The position numbers were made by a program, and so were the translations under genes. Under the pieces are notes generated by a model. It was given only the letters and a program-made list of their open reading frames with translations, searched no databases and was not told the origin of the DNA. A stretch of 37,677 bases of DNA, taken from Candidatus Caccovivens faecavium (GTDB taxonomy: Bacteria; Bacillota; Clostridia; Christensenellales; UBA1242). Of this stretch, positions 24,230 through 32,215 are shown piece after piece; positions within the stretch are counted from its first letter, which is position 1; every line of letters starts with the position of its first letter. The stretch spans positions 1 through 37,677 of the forward strand of contig DVLK01000003.1 in NCBI GenBank assembly GCA_018715545.1. The letters are read 5' to 3'.

Positions 24230-25825
24230 TTATCTCCTTGTCCTTAAGTATCTACACATCATACAACCACCTGGTATATACTTAGATGACACACACATTT
24301 GACAATGTTTACATAGTTTTTCATCTATTGAATATCCCTCTTTATCTAAATGAATAGCATTATGCATACATACACCTTCACATTTCAAACATTGCTTACA
24401 AGCATTAAACTTCATTATCTGATGAAAAATATTTTGATGTAGACTTTTATGATTTTTAACATTAAGTGTGATTATTTTTATTTTATAATCACTAATTTTT
24501 TGAAGTGATATAATTGGAACTAATGTTTTAATATCAAGAACGAGTTTCTCGCTTATAACTTTATCCCCATCTATTACTTTTCCAAATGGAATAAATAATT
24601 GAAAAAATCTATCATTTATCGGCTTTGATAAATCATAGATTTTCCCATTTTCTTGAACTGTACAATTTTGCTGAACTATCTTAACACTTTTAGCTTCTTC
24701 AAGTCCTGCTCCACCTTGTCTAGCTTTCCAACCTCCTGTATTTATGTATTCTTCTGGATTTTCTTTTCCAATAGCTCTTGCAAAATTTATTAAGAAATGA
24801 TTCCATCTTTCGTATTCCTTCTTCATATAAATTTTAGCCAAAAATTCTGAAATCACTGATGCATTTGGACAACACCAACATCCTACTCTTGAATAACCAA
24901 ATTTATATGCTTTATTAAAATCAAGATTATTTGTAAAAATATAAAGCCAAATATCAATATCCTTCCAATAAAATATTGGAGAACAAACAACTTGATTCAT
25001 AATCTTTTTATGTTCCGAATTTTCTTCTGTTCTTTTATATTTACTTCTAGCAACCGATTCACTTTTTCTTATACCATAAAAAGTTAAAACTTTTTTATTA
25101 CCGAACAATGTAGTCATCAATCTATTCACTGGACCAGTTTTAAACATATAACAACACCACCTTGACACTCTTGATGGAGGCCCTATCTTTTTCACAATAT
25201 CATAAAACTTACTATCAGTATTTCTTGCTATATGTAGGTTTATTAATTTATTTCTTTTTAAACGCCTGATATATTCATATGTGCATTTATGTTCTAAAGT
25301 TGTATCCCCAAATAAATGTTTTATTGATTTGTCATTAAGCGCCCTTATAACAAGATCCGATACTACCGTACTGTCTTTCCCACCTGAAAATGAAACCATT
25401 TTTTCATAATCCATATAAGTTTGTGTTTGCTCCTGTATGTATTTAATTGCTTCATCTTTTATTTCATTATAATGTTCTTGATTTGCTTTAATAAATAAAT
25501 TAATATAATGATTAAAACTATCATAATTAATCTTTGTATTTAAAAGTTTTTTTCTCAAACCTTTTATATCAGTAAACATTTGATTGGATAATTGCAAAGG
25601 GATTCCATCAACATAATATCTGGTCCTACCCTTCCAAATAGGTATATCTCTAAAATTTTTTCCTAGTAACAATTCTAACATTATTTTTTCTTGAGGAAAA
25701 ACAGGTCTAAGATCTGCTGAAATATATTTCAATTTTTCATTACATAACCTACAATTAAAATTACCCTTTTCGGTTTTAATAATTGGTACTTTGCACTGAT
25801 TACACCAATAAATAAAATTTTCCAT
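24230..25825 (-). CDS. PAPS-reductase-family PP-loop ATP pyrophosphatase (DndC/SspD/BrxP-like) with an N-terminal Zn ribbon and a C-terminal ferredoxin-like Cys clusters
   Basis: The N-terminus has CNQC...CRLC. The PP-loop is SFSGGKDS (nt about 25370-25390). Cys motifs SRWCC and SRVGCWCCP are present. The C-terminus has CKQCLKCEGVC and CKHCQMC...C..C. No CysH-type ECGLH tail was seen. Confidence 0.75.
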   Translation of the reverse strand: MENFIYWCNQCKVPIIKTEKGNFNCRLCNEKLKYISADLRPVFPQEKIMLELLLGKNFRDIPIWKGRTRYYVDGIPLQLSNQMFTDIKGLRKKLLNTKINYDSFNHYINLFIKANQEHYNEIKDEAIKYIQEQTQTYMDYEKMVSFSGGKDSTVVSDLVIRALNDKSIKHLFGDTTLEHKCTYEYIRRLKRNKLINLHIARNTDSKFYDIVKKIGPPSRVSRWCCYMFKTGPVNRLMTTLFGNKKVLTFYGIRKSESVARSKYKRTEENSEHKKIMNQVVCSPIFYWKDIDIWLYIFTNNLDFNKAYKFGYSRVGCWCCPNASVISEFLAKIYMKKEYERWNHFLINFARAIGKENPEEYINTGGWKARQGGAGLEEAKSVKIVQQNCTVQENGKIYDLSKPINDRFFQLFIPFGKVIDGDKVISEKLVLDIKTLVPIISLQKISDYKIKIITLNVKNHKSLHQNIFHQIMKFNACKQCLKCEGVCMHNAIHLDKEGYSIDEKLCKHCQMCVSSKYIPGGCMMCRYLRTRR

Positions 25826-25835
25826 ATTAACTCCT

Positions 25836-25871
25836 TTAAAAAAGTACCAATCATTATTGATTTGGTACTTA
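25836..25871 (-). terminator. Intra-operon hairpin with a short U-run (partial terminator or RNA stability element)
   Basis: AAGTACCAA (25842-25850) pairs with TTGGTACTT (25862-25870) and covers the helicase stop codon. On the minus strand it is followed by TTTT and then AAAGGAG. Confidence 0.4.
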
Positions 25872-27857
25872 ATTTAATTTTAAATTTGATTCTTTCAACC
25901 ACCTATAATACGATACATAATCGTCATTATTTTCAATTAGATAATTCAGCTTATCTCTGCTCCTATAATTCATTATTATCAATTTCTTTTTGGCGCGAGT
26001 ACAAGCTACATAAAACAATCTTATCTCTTCTTCTAATCTTTCAATCAAATTATTATGCTTTATATATTCAAAATTTTCATCTTCTGCCACAGCATAATTG
26101 TTTAAAACAATAGCGTTTTTATTGAAACTTATTAAATTATCATTTTCTTCATACTCATATTGAGTATTAGATACTCTATATAAATTTCTATCTGCATTAT
26201 ACAAAATAACTATATCTCCAGCCAAGCCTTTAAATGTATGAATTGTGCTTATGATAATGGGACTTTCAAACACTACCTCTGATTCTGGTTCATTTTGTTG
26301 TGTGTTTATCATCCTATTTAAATGGTCTATTATTTGAAGATTGGATAACCCTTGCATAGATAAGTCACGTATTATCTCTTTAATTCTATTTAAATTTGAG
26401 TTATATTGTTCTTTATAAATGCAAGAATAATATTCACATATCTTTGTTGCTTCAAATAATCTATTGATTATGTAGGTCAATGGATGGTTCTTAATCTCAT
26501 ACTTTAAACCATCTAAAACATTGTCTAAATGACTTTCAGTAAAAAATTTAATACAAGCAAGATAATAATCAGTAAAAAATATTTCAAACTTTTCAATAAT
26601 GTCATTTCTGCTTAAATAACGAAGAACCTTACATAAATCTATTATTGCTTTACTTCTAAATATTGATTTTGCTGAATAAACTTGTGCTTTAATATTCTGT
26701 TGCTTTAAATTGTTTGCTACATCACTAACCTCCCTATTAGTTCTGCATAAAACTACAATATTATTATTACATGCTTTATAATCAAAATCAATATTTTGTG
26801 CCACACTTTTTACAATATCAACAATATTTTTCCCATACGTTATTTCAAACACATCAATTTCTGAATCTTTTTTATAAGCTACCAAAGGAATATTTTTGAA
26901 TGACAATAAACTGTTGTGAAAATAAAATTTTGAATTAAAAATATCATTAATAATTTTTATTAAAGTAGAGTTCGTGCGAAAATTAGTATCATTTATTAAG
27001 CTATTTCCACCAGAATTGTTAAATTTTTCTATAAGTTTGATAAAAGCTTTTTTATTACTTCCTCTAAAACCATATACAGACTGTTTTTCATCTCCAACTA
27101 TTGTAATGTTAATAAATTTCATTAGATTTTCTATTAACTCCATTTGGTATAAGTTAATATCTTGACACTCATCAATAAACACATATTGAACTTTTTCTGC
27201 TATCTTTTTAGCGATGCCTTCTTCACTCGTCAATCTTGCCGCATAGCATAAAAGATCATTGTGCGTCAAAATATTAAGTTCTTTTTTCTCTTTTTCTATT
27301 TCTTCATCTAGCTTTTCATATAAATCACTAATGTATTGCCTAACTTCATCCCAAAAATCCATCTTATTTGATTTGTAGCTTAATTCATACTTAATTCCTT
27401 TATCTTTCATTTCTTTATAAAAATTTTTCAACAAATCTTTTATGGTATATGTAGGTATTTTAGAGCAAATTTTTTCATTATAATTTTCGTTTACTATTCT
27501 ATCTATAATTAAATTTGTTTCATAGCTAAACGAATCTATTCTATAATTTGGGCTTATTCCAATTCTAAGTCCATATTCTCTTATTATATCATCACAAAAG
27601 GAGTGAATAGTGCAAATTGAAGCCATATTTATCTTATCTATTTGATCTCGAAGTTTATTACTATCGCATGCTTGTATCAATAGTTTTTGTCTTAACCTCT
27701 CTTTCATTTCCTTTGTTGCTTTATTAGTAAAAGCTATCAACACAATATTCATTATGTCAACATGTTTTTCTATAATTAAACTTTCTATTTTGCTTACGAT
27801 TGTTTCTGTCTTACCAGTTCCGGCACTTGCTATTATCGTATTTAATTGACTATTCAT
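25869..27857 (-). CDS. UvrD/PcrA-type SF1 helicase (AddA-like motor without a nuclease domain)
   Basis: Walker A ASAGTGKTE, motif II FIDECQDIN, motif III GDEKQSVYGFRGS, STIHTFKGL and motif VI YVACTRAKKKL are present. Its start overlaps the upstream gene by 8 nt. Confidence 0.8.
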   Translation of the reverse strand: MNSQLNTIIASAGTGKTETIVSKIESLIIEKHVDIMNIVLIAFTNKATKEMKERLRQKLLIQACDSNKLRDQIDKINMASICTIHSFCDDIIREYGLRIGISPNYRIDSFSYETNLIIDRIVNENYNEKICSKIPTYTIKDLLKNFYKEMKDKGIKYELSYKSNKMDFWDEVRQYISDLYEKLDEEIEKEKKELNILTHNDLLCYAARLTSEEGIAKKIAEKVQYVFIDECQDINLYQMELIENLMKFINITIVGDEKQSVYGFRGSNKKAFIKLIEKFNNSGGNSLINDTNFRTNSTLIKIINDIFNSKFYFHNSLLSFKNIPLVAYKKDSEIDVFEITYGKNIVDIVKSVAQNIDFDYKACNNNIVVLCRTNREVSDVANNLKQQNIKAQVYSAKSIFRSKAIIDLCKVLRYLSRNDIIEKFEIFFTDYYLACIKFFTESHLDNVLDGLKYEIKNHPLTYIINRLFEATKICEYYSCIYKEQYNSNLNRIKEIIRDLSMQGLSNLQIIDHLNRMINTQQNEPESEVVFESPIIISTIHTFKGLAGDIVILYNADRNLYRVSNTQYEYEENDNLISFNKNAIVLNNYAVAEDENFEYIKHNNLIERLEEEIRLFYVACTRAKKKLIIMNYRSRDKLNYLIENNDDYVSYYRWLKESNLKLN

Positions 27858-30735
27858 CGATTAATGATCCTTTACAAATATCTTTCAATGTACAAAACCT
27901 ACAATAACTAGATGTCGAATCACACATGTTACTGTATATTGTACTTGTATTATTTATAATTTTTGATATTCTTTTAATTCCATCTTGATAAAACTTTTTA
28001 TTGTTCAACTGAGTATTTAATTTAAAACTAATAAAATTAATTAATGCAGTTTTATCATCAAATTTACTCCCGTTTTCTAATTGAAACACTAACTCATCAA
28101 AATGTTTAAAATCAAATTTTCTTCCACCACTACTGATAACCAAAAGATCTAAATTTTTACTGATATCGAATTCTGTTTCTCGTCCTGTATCAAGGTTTAG
28201 CATAATCAATGTTTCTCTTGTGCAAACATTGAATCTATCAAATATAACTTTTCTTTTACCAATTTTAAATTTGCAATTTTTACAAGAGAATTTACCACTC
28301 TTAAAATGAAGTTCTATAAAATCATCGATGTATTTTCTGCAAGTAATACGAATATCCTTTTTTTCATTTTCTCCTAACATGTCAAAATATTTTAAAACGG
28401 AAAGTAATGAATTAAAATAAATCTTATCAACTTCCTGCCCAAACTCCTTGCTGTTAAGATTATATCTTCTACTACTTCTCCCTAAATTTGTAAAAAATCT
28501 ATTTGTTATCAAAGCTTTTGCATAAAAAACTAGTAAAAATTTATCGCTATAACTAATTTTATTTTTGAAAAGACAATTACAAACGAATAGTTTAGGACAC
28601 AAATATTGTAGCAGCAATTGATTGAGATTGATCTTACTTACATTAAAGTTTTTAAAAATAAGTTCTCTATTTTCTAACTTATACCCTTTTAGTTTTGAGT
28701 GTGATGGTTCAAAAATTAATCTTGAATTTAACGTTTTTTGTATTTCATACGCATAATTTGAAATATCCATATAATTGTTGTTTTCTTTGCTAATATAGGT
28801 ATATGTTATTTGTTTTTCAACAAAACCAAATACATTTTTAAAAATATGCCTTGACATTTTTAAGTGATAATCCATCATATAATTTTTCTGAATGGAAAGA
28901 TTTAACTTTTGCAGAATTTCAATAATATCATTTGTATATGGGAATTCATTTTTTAAAATCCTTGGATATTTATTTTCTTCAAACAGCGGAAAGTAAACAT
29001 AATCATACTTTGTATAGTTTTCCATATTTACTACTGCCAACTTATAATCATCTTTCTTCTTATTTTCAACATATAAACATTGAGATAGTAAATCTTTTAA
29101 ATTTTCGGCAAAATAGACATAATCTACTTCTATACTATCATTGCACTTTACTTTATTTAACCCATCTAACAATATTGCTATAGCCTGCTTATCTTCACTT
29201 GTATCTAATTTGATTTTGTTTAAATTAAACACACTAATTAAAAGTTTAATGTGTTGCTTTATATTCCCATTGACTTTAAGTTTATTAACTATCACTTCTA
29301 TAAAATTTAAGAATTTTAGAATATAATTTAGCGTGGATTTTTGCACTCTGTGTAAAGGATGTGCTTCAAAATTTTCTTCATCTTTAATATTTGATTTTAA
29401 TTTAATAAGTTCATTTACACATTCTTTCCATTGTGTCAAAGTATTAAGTTGTTCGAAATAACTTTCTATATAATGAAAATCAATCAAAACACTTTCTTCA
29501 AATTTTTTATCTAGATTCCATTGTGTTTCCAACAATAACTTAAAAGTATCTAAATCCAAATCCTTAGCGACTACTTTGTATATGGAAATTATAAACTTTC
29601 CAAATGTTGTTTCAAACTCTGTAGAATTATATCCTAGAAACGAGATTCTTTTAAAATCATTAAATAATTTTAACTTATCTATATAACCTAACTTCCTACC
29701 TTTCACTTCTATAACTTCATTCAAAAAAGCCTGCTTTTCATAATAAATTGGTTTTAAACAACCATGAAAAGTGGCTTTAGGAACGAATACTCCCACTTCA
29801 CTAAAAACATCATCAAGAATATATAGTAACTCATCCTTATTCTTTGTTATCACTATTGCAAAATCTTCTAAAATAGAATTTAATTGATTGACTTCTGGAT
29901 TTAAGCTTTTTATTTTATCAGAAATTTGTTTAGCAATGAATTTAAACTCCTCTTCTCTACTAGAAAATGGTTTGTAGATTTTTATTTTGTCGACATCTTC
30001 CGTTTTTAAATTTATTTTAGATTGAGTAAAAATATTATCTTCTAGTTGGTTAAAAAATCCCTCCCTCTTTCCTGCAATTTTTCTTTGTTCTATACTATAA
30101 CCCAAACCTATCAATAAAGGTTTCAACAACTCTGATGATATAAAGTCACTATGTTTATTAATAAATATTAAATTTTTTGAATTTAAGCTTTTAATCAAAC
30201 ATTCTTGCATATCATTAAAAAAGACAAATCCGACAAACACAACTGTATCATATTCTTTCAATATATTAACTGCATTGTTTATAAGAGCACTTTTTAATAT
30301 ATCTTGTTTAGATTGCTGTAAATTAGTGCAAACAGATTTATAAATTGTAAAAATATCCTTTTCAACAAAAGAATATTCGTTAAAATCAATATTGATGCTT
30401 TGAGCAGAAACATTGTTCAATAAAAGCAAACTATATAAATCTTCAAGTCCATAAATACTATTTTTATAAGCTAATTGCTTTTCTCCATCAAATAGTGTAA
30501 CAATAGCCTTATTAATCAAAAATCTTAATTCGGTATTATTAATACACTTTGTATAATCAACATAATTTTGTGCTTTATTAATTAAATCTGCAAAAGAAAC
30601 TACACGATGTGCAGATGAAAATATTTCATTTTTCTTTAAATTTTGAGTTGCAGTAATAACAATTGCTTTTGAATCAGCAATATTAAATATACTGTAGTCA
30701 TCAACCTCAACAATTGTTGCCTTATTGATTTTCAT
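27850..30735 (-). CDS. AddB-like subunit: a helicase-like scaffold without Walker A plus a C-terminal Cas4/AddB-type Fe-S PD-(D/E)XK-like nuclease domain
   Basis: 961 aa. The first Cys is in QYLCPKLF (nt about 28598), and the C-terminal CRFCTLKDIC gives the C...CxxCxxxxxC spacing of AddB/Cas4. IFDRF...LNLDTG resembles IDRI...DYKTG, but the Lys is not evident. Confidence 0.5.
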   Translation of the reverse strand: MKINKATIVEVDDYSIFNIADSKAIVITATQNLKKNEIFSSAHRVVSFADLINKAQNYVDYTKCINNTELRFLINKAIVTLFDGEKQLAYKNSIYGLEDLYSLLLLNNVSAQSINIDFNEYSFVEKDIFTIYKSVCTNLQQSKQDILKSALINNAVNILKEYDTVVFVGFVFFNDMQECLIKSLNSKNLIFINKHSDFISSELLKPLLIGLGYSIEQRKIAGKREGFFNQLEDNIFTQSKINLKTEDVDKIKIYKPFSSREEEFKFIAKQISDKIKSLNPEVNQLNSILEDFAIVITKNKDELLYILDDVFSEVGVFVPKATFHGCLKPIYYEKQAFLNEVIEVKGRKLGYIDKLKLFNDFKRISFLGYNSTEFETTFGKFIISIYKVVAKDLDLDTFKLLLETQWNLDKKFEESVLIDFHYIESYFEQLNTLTQWKECVNELIKLKSNIKDEENFEAHPLHRVQKSTLNYILKFLNFIEVIVNKLKVNGNIKQHIKLLISVFNLNKIKLDTSEDKQAIAILLDGLNKVKCNDSIEVDYVYFAENLKDLLSQCLYVENKKKDDYKLAVVNMENYTKYDYVYFPLFEENKYPRILKNEFPYTNDIIEILQKLNLSIQKNYMMDYHLKMSRHIFKNVFGFVEKQITYTYISKENNNYMDISNYAYEIQKTLNSRLIFEPSHSKLKGYKLENRELIFKNFNVSKINLNQLLLQYLCPKLFVCNCLFKNKISYSDKFLLVFYAKALITNRFFTNLGRSSRRYNLNSKEFGQEVDKIYFNSLLSVLKYFDMLGENEKKDIRITCRKYIDDFIELHFKSGKFSCKNCKFKIGKRKVIFDRFNVCTRETLIMLNLDTGRETEFDISKNLDLLVISSGGRKFDFKHFDELVFQLENGSKFDDKTALINFISFKLNTQLNNKKFYQDGIKRISKIINNTSTIYSNMCDSTSSYCRFCTLKDICKGSLIDE

Positions 30736-30760
30736 ATGAGCATTATATCACAAATTTTGA

Positions 30761-30782
30761 AAAAACATATAAAAATCCGTCT
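30761..30782. repeat. Left arm of a 22-bp inverted repeat (21/22 match) flanking the 80-aa HTH gene
   Basis: AAAAACATATAAAAATCCGTCT. The partner at 31095-31116 is its reverse complement with one mismatch. Confidence 0.7.
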
Positions 30783-30817
30783 ATTTATATAAAAAAATAA
30801 ATATCATTAACTGATAT

Positions 30818-31060
30818 TTATTCCAAATCATCAACATCTTTAAATATATCATCATTAAAAAAATCATACACTGTCATACCTAATCCGCCACAAATTAGAG
30901 AAATGGTATAAACCGTTGTTGACTTTGCCGTCTTACAATAAAAAATAGTTTTTATTGTAGATGCCGTAACTCCACTTTTATGTGCCAAATCATTATAATT
31001 AGTGCCATTAGCCTTTATTAATTGCTTTAATCGAATCCTTATAGCATCAATCGACTTCAT
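30818..31060 (-). CDS. Small XRE-family HTH protein
   Basis: 80 aa. The segment NYNDLAHKSGVTASTIKTIF is an HTH. Confidence 0.6.
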   Translation of the reverse strand: MKSIDAIRIRLKQLIKANGTNYNDLAHKSGVTASTIKTIFYCKTAKSTTVYTISLICGGLGMTVYDFFNDDIFKDVDDLE

Positions 31061-31088
31061 AACACTAATTCTAGCAAAATCAAAATTT

Positions 31089-31739
31089 TTATGCAGACGG
31101 ATTTTTATATATTTTTGTCAAATTATGTCTTGTTTTGTAGTTTTTAATAAAATTTCTAAATTGCTTGTTTAGTTCTTTTCCATTATAAATTTTAGCATTT
31201 AATAAATATGTATAACGTTGTTTCGCAATTGAATAATTTACACCACATAGATTTTCAATCTCATATATAGAATTTACTTCACAAGCTTTAATAATACTTA
31301 ACGGCATAAGCATTTTTGCAGCAAAAGTATTTGCTTCGATTTCTCTTGTTCTAGGATCTGAATTTACAAAATGCTCTAATGCAATGTGACCTATTTCATG
31401 TGCAATAGTAAATCTCTGAGTAAAAACATCAATATTGTCGTTATAAAAAATTATATAATCTCCATTGTAGCACACAGTAAACCCCAGATCTGTATATATA
31501 ATATCCTCATAAAGTTGATATATATTTTTAGGTATTTTTGAATATGGTGCCAAGAGCCAACCATTTTTATTAGATAATTCAACAACATCAATTGGCATAA
31601 TTTTTAAATCGTTTTTTATCATAAATGAGTTAACAATACTATCTATCTGCTCATAGTTTATTAAACTCTCATCTTCTGTGAAAAACGCTAAATCTTCTCT
31701 TGTTCTTCCTAATAACCTAATTTTATTACTATTCATCAT
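31089..31739 (-). CDS. ImmA/IrrE-family Zn metallopeptidase
   Basis: HEIGH (AHEIGHIALEH) followed by EANTFAAKMLMP. Overlaps the upstream XRE gene by 11 nt. Confidence 0.8.
   Translation of the reverse strand: MMNSNKIRLLGRTREDLAFFTEDESLINYEQIDSIVNSFMIKNDLKIMPIDVVELSNKNGWLLAPYSKIPKNIYQLYEDIIYTDLGFTVCYNGDYIIFYNDNIDVFTQRFTIAHEIGHIALEHFVNSDPRTREIEANTFAAKMLMPLSIIKACEVNSIYEIENLCGVNYSIAKQRYTYLLNAKIYNGKELNKQFRNFIKNYKTRHNLTKIYKNPSA
31095..31116. repeat. Right arm of the 22-bp inverted repeat. It overlaps the last five codons of ImmA.
   Basis: AGACGGATTTTTATATATTTTT. Confidence 0.7.
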
Positions 31740-32043
31740 TATGTTTTAATGACTCAATGAAATTTTCTATTAAATTTATTTGATCATCTGATACCACAAT
31801 ATTTTTATGTGTACCTGCTTTACCCAGAATTACAATTGTATTATCATTATAATCATTTAACAAATAATCAGTTGATACATTAAAAATTTCAGAAATTTTT
31901 ACTATTGCATCTAAATCTGGCTGTCTCCTTCCCGTCTCCCAAAATCCCACTGTAGATGTCACAACTCCTAATTTTTGGGCTAATTCAGTTTGATTCATAT
32001 TAGATTTGCGTCTCAAATATCTTATCTTATCGCCTATTTCCAT
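31729..32043 (-). CDS. XRE-family HTH repressor (ImmR/CapH-like partner of the ImmA peptidase)
   Basis: MNQTELAQKLGVVTSTVGFWETGRRQP is an HTH. The start is moved to the ATG at 32043 (MEIGDK), with GGAG 6 nt upstream. Confidence 0.75.
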   Translation of the reverse strand: MEIGDKIRYLRRKSNMNQTELAQKLGVVTSTVGFWETGRRQPDLDAIVKISEIFNVSTDYLLNDYNDNTIVILGKAGTHKNIVVSDDQINLIENFIESLKHNDE

Positions 32044-32107
32044 AATACACTCCATTTCTTTATTATTTTACCATAGTTTTCAAGATTATGCAATTCTATT
32101 TTGATAT

Positions 32108-32153
32108 AAAAATTCTACATTTTGCTATAATTATCACAATTTGTAGAATTTTT
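32108..32153. promoter_or_regulatory. Operator: 12-bp perfect inverted repeat bracketing a TGCTATAAT box
   Basis: AAAAATTCTACA (32108-32119) pairs with TGTAGAATTTTT (32142-32153). A third half-site, TTGTAGAA, is at about 32195-32202. Confidence 0.55.
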
Positions 32154-32155
32154 GC

Positions 32156-32184
32156 TTGATTTTTTATTTACAAACTGATATAAT
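32156..32184 (+). promoter_or_regulatory. Near-consensus sigma-A promoter for the plus-strand regulator
   Basis: TTGATT (32156-32161), 17 nt spacer, TATAAT (32179-32184), with TG at -15/-14. Confidence 0.55.
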
Positions 32185-32215
32185 TATATCAAATTGTAGA
32201 AAAGGAGTGTTTTAT

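Noticed and set aside
30783-31094. An invertible promoter or gene switch (shufflon-like) defined by the 22-bp inverted repeats.
   Set aside because: No recombinase or invertase gene is nearby, and the enclosed segment is a complete co-oriented ORF. I kept it as a repeat observation only, not as a called invertible element.
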